64,000 bases of DNA from a virus: the IMG/VR virus record IMGVR_UViG_3300020473_000016; one strand, written 5' to 3'. Positions 39,501-49,500 of the stretch are shown here, piece by piece (within the stretch, counting starts at the first letter, position 1; each line of letters opens with the position of its first letter). Below the pieces are notes generated by a model. That model saw only the letters and a program-made list of their open reading frames with translations. It had not been told where the DNA came from and did not search any database. The position numbers were made by a program, and so were the translations under genes.

Positions 39501-41669
39501 TTTAATAGTTTCACCAGATTCAAATTTTCCTGAAAGTGTTTTGATAAAGAGAATCTTTCCAGTTGAATAAACACCATTAGATGCTCCTTCAATGACACCA
39601 TAAGCATCACTAGATAATCCAAAGATGTATTTACCTATTTCAAATGTACCACCTGTTCTTGGTCTCTCAAGAATAATCTTAGTATAGAATTCGGGATCAA
39701 AATAAGAGAATCCAAATGTAGTATTATATGCTGCACCACCTTGAGATAAACGTCCTTTAGAAAGAACAATATCAGAATCAGAATTGAATCCTAATCCTCT
39801 TTCTTGTAGTACAAAGTTACTAGGCTTAGCAGTTCCTATTACAGGAGTAATAGTTTCACTATAATCTACAATAAATCCTAGAGCTTGATCAGCAACTACA
39901 TCAGCAGAAGCATTAGCAGATGTAAGGAATATCTTTCTTTGCTTACCCTGATCACCTAGATCACTCTCAGTTAATAATGCTTCAATCTCATCCTTATTAC
40001 CAGTAACAGTTAACTCTAAGTAGAATACTGAGGTGTTAGGATTGATTAATGGTTTATTAACCTTAGCAAATGCTAATGATTTAATCGAACTAGTAGATGT
40101 TGGAGAATTAGCACCATCTCTAGTTTTAATATAATAAAGAGTTCCTAATAAACTTTGGAAGTTAGAATCATCTACAGAAGCAAGTGTATTGGTAGTATTC
40201 GTTACTTGAATAGTAATAGTTTTTATACCATCATTAGAAGATAGTATAGAACCTCTCTTATTAGTAGTCTGTCTATGATCAGTTGCTGCTTCTGTACCAT
40301 TTAAACCTACACTACCATCATTAAATGTAGAGTATAAAAATACTGTTGGGTATGAAGTTAAATCAGAACCTTCTTGGTTAAGAGGAACACTTCCATAAAC
40401 ATTGTTTATACTATAAGTAGGTAATCCTTTAGTCTTTAATGTTACATTATCACTAGTAACACTTTCCTTTGCTTTATCGACTGTTAAATATTTGGTTTCT
40501 TTATTAACAATCTCATATCCTTTAATATATGCTTTACCAGGTCCAATACTGGCAACCATTTTCTTAGATGCATCAGCAGCAGATAATCCGTTATAAAGTC
40601 CAAATTCATCAGCAGCATAGATGCCCTGATTACCATCTTTCTGTGTATATTCTCTTATGTCAGTAGCAAAACTGTCTACTACATAATCTCCACTCTCATC
40701 AAAAGTTCTACGAGCAAGAGTTTGTTCTAATAGATTATAATCTGTTGGAGATACTTTCTTTTGTACAACTCCTCTAGAAACTCTAAGAAGTTCTATGAAG
40801 TTTTTATCTGTAATTGTATCAAGAGAAAATTCTTTTAACTGAAGACCAATCTTTAATCTATGAGCACCAGGTGCAGTAGCATTAGAAGATCCTATTGAAT
40901 TATCATACAATGATGCATCTTCTTCAGGAGTTATAATGTCTTCAACAATAGTAAATCCAATCTTTGCAGATGGTTTGTCGTAATATTCATCAATGACAAG
41001 AAGATTAGAATCGTTACGAACAAAATAACCATTAATAAAGTAAATACCTTCTTCTACTTTAACAGCAGAACCATATCCCATTGCAGGACTTTCAAGTGAA
41101 GTAACCTCGCTAGTATCAGGGTTAGTTACTTGAATACTCGTAGGAAGTACACTACCGTCTGTACCTACTACGAGTAAAGGAGTATTGACACCATCAACAA
41201 CTTCTAGAGTCTCACCTTGTCTAAAAGTAGACTCAGTATTAGAATTACCACTATTCAGATAATTAACAAAGACTGTATCTGCTGATGCTTCTGTTGCTAG
41301 TTTCGTTGCTAGTATCGTTCCTACAACACCAGAAGTTATCCCTTTCAGTTGTTGTCCAACTAATAGAGATATATCGTATTTCTTATAAACAATCTCTCCA
41401 CCCTCGTTAACTGCTACTTCCGAAACAGAAGATAGTTTAACGTAATCCAATTTGGTGTTGAGACCTACCTCTCCAGGTATGACAAGTTCACCTTGTTTAA
41501 AGGCATACTTACCAAAAGATTCAATCTGATTCTGAAGAATAGATTGAACCTGTGTTAATTCTCGACCCTGTATAGAGTAACCAGGACGAAATAGAATTTT
41601 ATAAAAATTCTTGTTTACGTCAAAGTCCTCGTAATAAGGGCTTACATTTAAGTTCGTCTTTTGTGGCAT
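33546..41669 (-). CDS. Giant baseplate-associated virion protein (DUF4815/VrlC-like, 2707 aa)
   Basis: Motifs NLNVSPYYEDFD..KNFYKILFRPG..IQGRELTQVQSILQNQ, YTMRDIGKLEKRVERLEFYTTLS and RFKSGFFVDNF. Confidence 0.85.
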   Translation of the reverse strand: MPQKTNLNVSPYYEDFDVNKNFYKILFRPGYSIQGRELTQVQSILQNQIESFGKYAFKQGELVIPGEVGLNTKLDYVKLSSVSEVAVNEGGEIVYKKYDISLLVGQQLKGITSGVVGTILATKLATEASADTVFVNYLNSGNSNTESTFRQGETLEVVDGVNTPLLVVGTDGSVLPTSIQVTNPDTSEVTSLESPAMGYGSAVKVEEGIYFINGYFVRNDSNLLVIDEYYDKPSAKIGFTIVEDIITPEEDASLYDNSIGSSNATAPGAHRLKIGLQLKEFSLDTITDKNFIELLRVSRGVVQKKVSPTDYNLLEQTLARRTFDESGDYVVDSFATDIREYTQKDGNQGIYAADEFGLYNGLSAADASKKMVASIGPGKAYIKGYEIVNKETKYLTVDKAKESVTSDNVTLKTKGLPTYSINNVYGSVPLNQEGSDLTSYPTVFLYSTFNDGSVGLNGTEAATDHRQTTNKRGSILSSNDGIKTITIQVTNTTNTLASVDDSNFQSLLGTLYYIKTRDGANSPTSTSSIKSLAFAKVNKPLINPNTSVFYLELTVTGNKDEIEALLTESDLGDQGKQRKIFLTSANASADVVADQALGFIVDYSETITPVIGTAKPSNFVLQERGLGFNSDSDIVLSKGRLSQGGAAYNTTFGFSYFDPEFYTKIILERPRTGGTFEIGKYIFGLSSDAYGVIEGASNGVYSTGKILFIKTLSGKFESGETIKDEAGNTIKIAKDNTISHFVVQKRGLGYNDDSELTINGVDYDNSVITISKDNDGKIYSCDIINRTGLNVTYAQPPAVTVKNGPGSDPGDAAAVVPVLVRNAVTTYTPQNVKSVGCQYGSGGANKFSADVVVDDRSFSDIKDVTEYTFFGSNGSNFIESTSFSADASKDLQQGDIVQFSDSNNALVRAIVQYATEPKGAAKTRVYLDTVLPADVNNTNIVRLRPKVGNTAAGTLIYPTGSKQVQKISAGGNDTKIKYFFRRDFVAETSTGGGLITFAAQLPFGTQRFVSYSEENYIVTVLDPGGAPDIAAGDIIYLPPDSVEITSATDTASGLTSGSITLQLAANYFGGDPNNYGTFPKLKLTATLEVSNAKPRLKTSVSNKRIIVASSGDRVIPFRGTDYDTEVIEILSYADAYKLRYVYEGTSSQPPEVDSAGNLIVGTDVTNRFTFDNGQRDTVYDVSRIVIKPGAQATTGQLVIGFDYFEQSQGDFCTIDSYLHEAGVPEDEIPTFDSNVHGMVELKNVLDFRPKVDSTTIIAGYQDVSSLADTSGAFSGAGAVVTSTPAPDSNLEFTFSFSTVQYLDRIDGIFLNKKGEFVIKQGNSSLNPSKPDPIADAVPLFYAYIPAYTKTTKDVRITPVDNKRYTMRDIGKLEKRVERLEFYTTLSILEQQALNMQIKDEIGLDRFKSGFFVDNFETHGLGNLTSLDYQCAIDSQQSVLRPQSKEDSVSLEEVNSREDQRAVSGYKKSGDIITLPYTSLSLLGNDFASKTINPNPFVVLQYVGDSVISPAIDQWYDQSIEPLVVDTNTNLYSIFLAKDHVSESFSSLYNSFVCNWVGTSPSFTAINSLGEVASQQAAASVDSASVASSSNVSPQNNEVGKGIQTKTVDGKIVSTALQFFARSQAIKFVVNRLKPNTKINVFLEGRNVNRWVNPDLRFTGTAGNSPSAFNGDVITDNNGNASGIILLPAGQPPRENATWSGDVDTVSYDTVAEEIRVTTGIKTFRFTSSDIDADKSTVDTYAEVKYYATGILPENPSSIVSTRPAYFKANEGVQIIDNNTDNPVRPNPLAQTFKVENFDGGVFVTGADLYFSKKSNDIPVKVYVSNVDSDKPGKNVVPGTEKVLAPSTYLKVYTNGNVSVTKGESATGASSSASGPIQKVIDRNGVDLVATASGVYTLTNEQCYTLVLSNHNGKAFKQNEDLTIPSVTLANNTNATELKLTIAKDSGKLSDIKVTAVGQNYDSALLTIESPQLPGGSTATASIFVSGGKVYNTEVLLPGYGYTEAPSVVVKGIGNGAGGCEIVTAIEIDTPAVRMGVATDQTGVTNSTTPTYFAFDYPVYLENDTEYAIAIETDSIDYELWASKLGDTDVSTSTVITSQPSLGSVYKSQNVDNWTEDIFEDLKFKLYRAEFIITRPAELLLKNGNLGYTLLSENPFETNASAATSATSKLFKNNNKIIKVNHRDNGFEDTGKSYVFYRSATEVAGITADNLNTNLFQTDNGGVDSYTITSASQASGNAIGGGTTTYASHNRKYEILYPQVQYLTTGGTKIETSVKTTNVVPVDSSTTNYVSYSRSSDYEKTFLNEPHYFTNQKFIASKINETMNSLSESLTYKLLLTSTVSHLSPVVDLSSSSVKTVSNRVENGSGKEDRFGRKDQILEFYPIYKFNLTGNGGTAITSNQTITGDSSKASGTIAAVNSSEVVVRVKTSQYFQKGERIRLSVQSTVTDNNTVTVNSYPQEVITSIADEATIVARNPSVITEVYDSPSYGILGTSQQWDSNSKELTVRTDTQPINDNFTARIIDSADYNRNATIASQTPDIFRVGDIIKYPNQVDDEAYYLEVGKVSYTNGLDFIPENTSKNGSSIAKYVTKEIGISNPATNVNVKLTVNVKDISNVEVLYRTKKASSQENFEDIDWQYFNGTGVPDQSEVATSENTISGVVEKQSSYQELSYSASDIAEFSSFAVKVVMKSVDPAYVSKIQDLRAVASF

Positions 41670-41703
41670 CTTACTATCGCCAATACTAGCATCTTGTCCT
41701 TAG

Positions 41704-41710
41704 TATTTAG
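41704..41710 (-). promoter_or_regulatory. T4-type late promoter (CTAAATA)
   Basis: Intergenic, about 35 nt upstream of the ATG at 41669. Confidence 0.65.
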
Positions 41711-41727
41711 CGAAGTAAATGAAGTGC

Positions 41728-43545
41728 TTAGAACTCAATGACTAGTTTAATATCTTCGATCTGGTCAGGAGCACGAGTAATTAGTCTTCTGTTCTCGATG
41801 TAGATAACATCACCAGAGTTATTTGCAATCTCAGGATTAGCAAGACCACTGGAGAATGTAGAACCTAATAGAGAGTTACTATAACCAGTATCAACATTAC
41901 CACTAGCAGCAGATAAACCACCAGTAATAGCATTAGAACCGTTACTCTCAAAATCTTCTACAACACCATTGTGTGTATGTTCATCGTTAACTTGGATGTA
42001 CTTAAGAACACCTGTTGTTGTTTGACCTTGATCTAATGTCCAAGAAACAACAGTACCCTTAGCAGTACCACCTGCTGCTGTTGATTGAGTAATTTCTTCA
42101 TCAGGAACGAAATCAGCAGTCGCACCTGTAATCTTAACTGCTTTCAATCCACTTAATGTATCAGCAGTGGAGAAAGTTGTAGTTCCGAAGTTGTATGGAT
42201 CTTTAATAATACCAATTCTACGGAAGTCGTTATCTACTGGGAAGTCTCCAGAACCCTCAGCATAAGTTAGACGAATATTCGTCATAACTCTCTTACCATT
42301 AAGTTCTGTCTCGAAGTCTGAACCGTGACCACCTTGTGAAGGAAGAATTACTTCTATTTCACCTTTAGCAGAAGCACCAGTTGCTACAGCACTAGATAGT
42401 CCAGCATTACTGAATAAGTTACCATTTCCTAATAGAACATTAGCATAGGTATAACCTGTTCCACGTGCTTCGATCTCAGCAGATGTGATAGTTCCAGAAC
42501 CATCTGTGGCGAATTTAACCTTACCACCTGTTCCGTCACCTTTAATACTTGTGTATAGAGTCTGTGAAGCAGGAAGACCTGATCCAGCATTCTCAATAAG
42601 AGCAACATCAATAGCACCAGCGACTGCTAGAGCCTCAGTTGCTTGACGAGTTGCGTTTGTAGAAAGCACAACAGGAATGAAGTCAGAAGATAAGAACTTC
42701 AAAACATCATCAGTTGGGATGGTGTACATATACTTCCAAATGTATCCAGCACCAGTAGTCTCTGTATAAAGACCTGTTGCGGAAGCATAGTTAGCACCAG
42801 ATGTGCTTGGTTCCTCAGTAGCGTTTTGTCCAGTAGCATTTGAAGGATTCTCTCCATTATAGAGACACTTGAATACTTCGTATGAGGAGTTCAGTACATA
42901 AAACTTTGCGGTAGAGATGCTATCTTGTCCTGTAGCAGTCTGCTTACCTATTTGACCACCGCCACCTGGAGTAGCAGAGTAGTCAGGTTTCCACATATCG
43001 AACTTAGGGTTTGCAACTAAGTCCCAATTGTAACGACGAATTACTGTACGAGCATAAGCACCAGTAACACGCTTGGCTGCAATAATCTCATCATAAAGAT
43101 TAACTTTCTCTGTTGCGTTATCTAGTGGTAGAGGTGGCACATCCTCTGTTGCATAACGATAAACGCCAGATACTGCTTCTGCACCAGTGTCAGATCCACC
43201 TGATCCACCAGTTCTACCTTTCAGAGTAGATCCTAGAGTAGGAACAGAGTTAACACCGTTACTTCCAAATACGTCGGTAAGAAGTAATGCATTGTCATAT
43301 ACTGCGGCTATTGTCGCACGAAAGGCAGTGCTTCCGTAAGTACCAACATACACTTCTTGTCCTACTACAAATGCTGTAGCGTTTTGAGAATGGATTTCGA
43401 GATTTGCTTTCCACGGTTGTGGTCTACCCACAAAGAAATACATCCTAGAGCGTTCCGCACTAGCATCCGTTGCACCCTCAGTGAGAGATTCAAGGAATTG
43501 TTTCGCATTGAAAATCCTAAATTTATCAGATATAATAGCAGCCAT
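41728..43545 (-). CDS. gp8: Baseplate wedge subunit
   Basis: Motifs MAAIISDKFRIFNAKQF, GYIWKYMYTI, FRRIGIIKDP and SGDVIYIENR..ITRAPDQIEDIKLVIEF. Confidence 0.92.
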   Translation of the reverse strand: MAAIISDKFRIFNAKQFLESLTEGATDASAERSRMYFFVGRPQPWKANLEIHSQNATAFVVGQEVYVGTYGSTAFRATIAAVYDNALLLTDVFGSNGVNSVPTLGSTLKGRTGGSGGSDTGAEAVSGVYRYATEDVPPLPLDNATEKVNLYDEIIAAKRVTGAYARTVIRRYNWDLVANPKFDMWKPDYSATPGGGGQIGKQTATGQDSISTAKFYVLNSSYEVFKCLYNGENPSNATGQNATEEPSTSGANYASATGLYTETTGAGYIWKYMYTIPTDDVLKFLSSDFIPVVLSTNATRQATEALAVAGAIDVALIENAGSGLPASQTLYTSIKGDGTGGKVKFATDGSGTITSAEIEARGTGYTYANVLLGNGNLFSNAGLSSAVATGASAKGEIEVILPSQGGHGSDFETELNGKRVMTNIRLTYAEGSGDFPVDNDFRRIGIIKDPYNFGTTTFSTADTLSGLKAVKITGATADFVPDEEITQSTAAGGTAKGTVVSWTLDQGQTTTGVLKYIQVNDEHTHNGVVEDFESNGSNAITGGLSAASGNVDTGYSNSLLGSTFSSGLANPEIANNSGDVIYIENRRLITRAPDQIEDIKLVIEF

Positions 43546-43575
43546 TTAATTTACCGACGTGTTTTGTGCCAAAGT

Positions 43576-43589
43576 TATTTATATTTATA
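43576..43589 (-). promoter_or_regulatory. Two overlapping perfect T4 late promoters (TATAAATA)
   Basis: GTATAAATATAAATAAC upstream of gp8. Confidence 0.75.
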
Positions 43590-43593
43590 CGAG

Positions 43594-46500
43594 TTATGTA
43601 GGGTTGTACGGAACTAACTCCTGTCCATTAGCAATGCTATTAGGTCCAGAGTAGAGTGTACATCCTTCAAAAGTTGTAGAAGTTTTACTAGTGTACTGTA
43701 TAACTGTTCCACCAGATGTAAATATGTAGCCAGTAGATGGCCAATGAGTTGTGTCTTGTACGACAATATTTCCTCCAATAGTTCCACTGGAACTAGTGAT
43801 GGCCACTGGGTTCTGGGTAGTTGGTCTACCAAGATTGAAGTAGTCACCTGAAAGCGTATAATTAGACTGTGATCTTAAGATGAAGTCTTTAATTGTCATA
43901 GAAGCAAATATTCTATCAATCTCACCAATAGTAAGAGCAGAAACTCCAGCTGCTCCAACATCAATACCAGATTGGTCATACATTCCTATAGTACTACCAA
44001 CATTACCAATAATATAATCACCAATTAGTAGAACTTCTCTACCAAATACTTGGTTAACAACTTCAATTATAGTAGTATCTCTCTTAGTAACAGTATATGG
44101 TTCAGTAAGATCAACCAAATTACCATTTCTCTGTTCAACAGGATCACTAAGGAAAGCAACCTCTTCATACTGATCAACAATACCAGTCTCAGGTGGTTTT
44201 ACTACAATTTCAGTCTTACTATCAGATAAAGTATTAACTGGAGTCTGTATTTGACGCTCATACTCACTCTCTGTTACTGCACCAGCAGAAGCATTTATTA
44301 TTGATACATCAGATGATTCAGATTCAATCTTAACGATACCAACAGGTGCGATAGAAATAAGTTCTGGAACTTGACGTACATATGTACCAGCAGCATGGAA
44401 CTGATCAGAAGTTCCATACAATCCACGATCAACAGCAAGGAATCTATCAGATAACTTCCTCCAATAACGAATACGCTCGTTACCTATTAATAAATGTCCA
44501 TTAGAATTGAACTTAGAAGTATCTGGAATATAGACAATACTATCACCGATATTAGTATCAACGTTAGTATATGCAGCATCCTCAAAGTAATTAATATTGG
44601 TTAATGCAGTATTGCGGATCTCATGAGTTAAAGTAGAAACTATATGTTTCTGAACTTTAGTAACAGAATTAAGAGATACAATATCTTGAAGTTCTGCACT
44701 TAGAACAGTTGCTTCATATGAATTCTCTAATGCTCCACCTTTTCCTACAATCTCTACAGGTTCTGGTTCAATGTAAACAATATTCGCACCACCTGGTTGT
44801 TCTTGACCAACTGGCATATCAAATCCAGATTCACCTGATGCAATATTATCAGTATCAATCTGAAGTTCTGCTGTTATCTTCTTAGTAACATCATGAGGAC
44901 TGTTGAATAATGTACTTGTGAAAGTATCAACATTCTGAACCTGAGTACCAATAACAGTAATCCTAGATGCGGAAACAGCACCTTGTCCTATTTCAACTTG
45001 AGGAACCATCTCAGCATTGATAAGAGATACACCAATATCTCTTTCAGTTAAGATATCAAATCTTCTAGCAACTACAACAATAGGTGCTTTAGTATATCCA
45101 GAACCACCATCAAGTAGATCAACACTAAGTACTTGACCTTTACTTACAATAACTTCTGCTCTCGCACCACCACCAGTACCATCTTCAGGAATGAATTCTA
45201 AAACAGGAGGTGTGAAGTATTGATATGCAGTAGGTTGAGTTAATGGATCATAACTACGACGGTTCCATGTTAAAGCAGTAACCTTACCATTTTCAACAGT
45301 TGCAACAACACTAAGACCTTCACCTCTAGTAACACCATTAAAACCTTCTACAGAAATGTTACTATAAACATCATCTGTTAATTGTTCTCCACCTCTACCA
45401 TCTTTACTTGTAGTACTTTCAGGTACTTTCTTAATTCTTCTAAATTTATCTTCACCTTCTACTCTTACAAGATCTCCATTAGACAAATAAGCAAATGGAT
45501 TTCTATATGTTGTACCTAATGTTGTACCAAACCAAATAGAATTATCACTGAATAATTGTTTTCTTCCAGTAGAATCTATTGGGAATGTTAATGTAGGATT
45601 AGTAAATTCAGGTTCTGGGAATGTATATGTCTTACTATAATCTGTTTTAACAGCAAAGATAAGATCTAATCCTGGTTCTACAGAAGCATTCTGTGATTTA
45701 ATACTAAAGGATAATGTAGTTGAAGTCTTGTATGCACTACTTACTTCACCAATAACGTTATATGTTCCATTTGCTCTTACTTGCCAGCAATGTATTCCAG
45801 TACCTACCTTCTCACCCATCCAAGCATAAGTAAGGAAAGGATCTACCCAAGCAGAAGTAGTTTCTAGTACAAATGTACCAACGGCAAAATAAGTATCAGG
45901 AGCAAAATCGTATATATTTAAAGTTTGACCTGCGTCTCTACCATAGAGATAACGCATATCAACCTTCATCTTCTTATTAATAGGAACATTAAAGAAGATA
46001 TTTGGTCCTGCGATTGTGTAACTATATCCTTCTCTTTGAAGAACTCCATCTAAGAAGACATATAGATAATCTTTCTGTTCAACAGTTTGAGAAGTACCAT
46101 CTTCTACATCAAGAATTAAGAATGGACCAGACTTTACATTGTCTACTAAATCGTAGTCGATTGTAAGACGCTTGTAATTACCAACTCCAATACCTACTAC
46201 TTTCTCAACTGCTGTTGCTTCACCTAAATTCTTAGCACCAAGATCTTGATCCCAAATAGGAGCAACACTAAACTTTAATACGTTAGGTACATTAGTTCTA
46301 TCAATAAAGTATGAATCAGGTGATACACCAGCACTATATTTTGGTGTCTGTAATACTGCATTAATAGTTAAGAAGAAATCTTCATCTTCATTAGTATCTA
46401 CAGCAGTACCATCATCCCAATACAATTCAAAATCTGTATTCTCACCATCAACATAATCTGGATTACTTCTAGTAACAGATCTTTCACTTATTATATCTTG

Positions 46501-49500
46501 GAAACTATCATATAAAGAATCTACAGCAGAAACTACATTATCACAATCCTTTGCAATTAACTGAGGATCTGGAATAATATTATGATTTGCATAAGTTGTT
46601 GTACTTGTCCAGTTACCAGTCTTATTAACGTTAATAGATGTTGGTACAACTAAACCTTCACCTTCTGTAAGAACTGTCTTAGTAATAGAACCAAAGGTAT
46701 CTAAAGCAGCTGCTACCTCAGCACATGCAGGTGCTAACTTATCAACTGTAATAGTATTATCTGGATTTGGATCTACTGTTGAGTAAACTTTTGGTTGCAA
46801 TGAGTTTCTCATAGCAAGAGTCATATACTCAGATGCTTTAACAAACATCGAAGACATATCTCTCTTCCATTCATCTAATAGAGTAGTAAACCCTGCTGAT
46901 GGATTACCTGTTATAGTTGTTGGTAGATTTTTAAAATCTAATCTCTTGTAAATTTCAGCAACTCTTTCATTACCACCAAGACGTAAATGATATATTACAG
47001 ATTCGACATAATACTGTACATATGGATGGTAAGTAGTTGGGTTAGTTTGATAATCAGTAATACTAGCAATAATTGCTTGAGTTGATTCTTCTACAATATG
47101 CTGTTTGTTTCTTTCAATCAAATATGCAGCATCATAGAATATACCATCTGTTCTACCAGTAAGATGGAATATAATTTCAGGTGATCCACCAGGATCTTCA
47201 CCTATTCTAACAGTATCACCTAAAGAAACAGTATAGGTATCATTAAGAATAACTTGTCCTACACCAGCTAAATTAACATCACCACTTGTAGTTCCACTTA
47301 AACTATTAGGAGATGTATTACTAGATGCACTAGAATTACCAAGTATAGTTTTATCAACAGTTATTTGAGTTAAGCTGTCTATAGAAGCAATCCTAGTATC
47401 TGGTTGGAATGCTCTACCAGATGTCAAATACATTCCAACTGTTAAGTTATTAGTATCTGTTACTGTGACAGTTGTAGTATTGGTACTATATGTCGCATTA
47501 GTCTCAATATAGTCCCAATTTCTAATAGCAAGTCTTGCTAAGTTGGTAGCATATTTGAATATCTTAAATGACTCATCTTTATTATCTTTAATATAAGGAG
47601 TATCAGCAAATATAGTTGAATAATCAACAGTCTTAACATTACCACCAAATCTTAAATCATGTTCATATGCATCAATGATGAAACCTATATCCTTGATATA
47701 GTCATCAGTCTTAGTAGCCCAATCTAATGATGGATAAGTTGATTTACCATACCCAACTGCTTCGGATGTAATAAACTCTTTATTTCTCGCAAGTTGATTT
47801 GCAGAGTCTAACCACCTTCCACTACGTTGGAATATATTTTTAATCTTCTTAAGATACCTTGTATTATAAGCAGCACCAGGTGCTTTCCAGTAAAATACCT
47901 TACCATAGAAGGTAACACCATCATAAGCAGCACCAGCTTTTACGCCTGGTCCTAATGGTGGTTGTGCAAAGGTAATATTGTCACCTGATACCGTGTATGC
48001 TACTTTTGGCTCTTGTAGAATACCATCAAGTGTTATAATAAGTGATTCTTCCTTAATTGGAGTGAATGGAACTCCATTCTGGTCCAGAACTTGGAATGTC
48101 TTTGTACCTACTAACTGACCATCACTATTGTATGTTCCATCAAATGCACCATTGAGTTTAAATTCAAATGCACGAGTTTCATTGAAGTTAAAATCAGATG
48201 TAGCAACAGATCCAATACCTCTACGAACTCTCTGACTCTCAACGTTTTGAATACTTTGAGTAACTACTCTTGAAGTATTTTCAACAGTAATTTTATTCTT
48301 TTCTGGATCCCAAAGTTGAATGACACTAAAATGATCTGCCTTAGCAACCTCAGATGGCATAGATGTACTAGCATCAGTCTCTACATCAACCTGACCAAAG
48401 AGTTTAAATCCAGCAGGGTGTGTTGTAGACTTGATTAAGTCTCTCCATTGCTCTATAGAAGTCTTAGACTTAATAACATATGAATAATCCTGATAGAAAT
48501 TACTATCAATCAATCTTTGATTAGATACACCAAGTTTTCCTCTATCAGATTTAGAGAATCCTTGATTATCAAAGAAACTACTAATCTCTTCAGTAAACGT
48601 AGTGACAAATACAGCAGTAACAATACCAGTAGATGTTGATGCTAATCCAGTAATGGCAATATCTTCCCTCAAGATCCCAGTCAGGGACTGGAGTTTCAGG
48701 AGGTTAGATCCTAGTCTCCACTCATAGACCTTTGCTCTTGCAATTTCTGTATTACCAATCTTTTGTACTACAGTTTCACCTTTTTGGAAATCTCCATTAA
48801 TAGATTTTAATGATACTGTATATGGAGAACTAAAAGTAGATGCAATAGATCTGTCTAAATGGAAAGCACTTCCATTATTAGTAAATCTAACACTTTGAGG
48901 TATGCCTATAGTGCTACTATTGACATATGCTTTAACATCTCCTTCTATTATTGCTATTTTTGGTGCAGATTTGTATCCTTCACCAGGAGAAGTTACATTT
49001 ATCTGATAAATTTCTCCTGCTCTAGCAATAACTTCAAATGAAGCATTTTTTCTTGGTGAAGGACTAGGAATATCAGGATCTAAAGCACTAGCACCAAATG
49101 CTGCACCTTCTCCTGTATCTTCAACAATTATAACTTTAGGGTTAACATAATTAGAACCCTTATTAGTAATGTTAACACCAGTTACAACTTGAGTTGCAAG
49201 ATCAAATAATACTGTGGCTTCTGCCTGATAATCAGATCTAGGTGATACACCTACAACTACAGGAACCTTAGTATAATTAGATCCTAAGTTAATAACTTTA
49301 AAATCATTAATCTCACCAGTTGCAAATTGACCTGTAGTTGTATATGTTATCGTTCCTGACCCGTCCCAGAGAGGAGAATCGCCAACCAAATCATATACAA
49401 AACGATTGCTAGTAACATAATTGATAACCTTCGTACCTTGTAGTGGATCAGTAATGAGTTTTAATTTTCCATCACCACTATTAACAATATTGTTATTATC

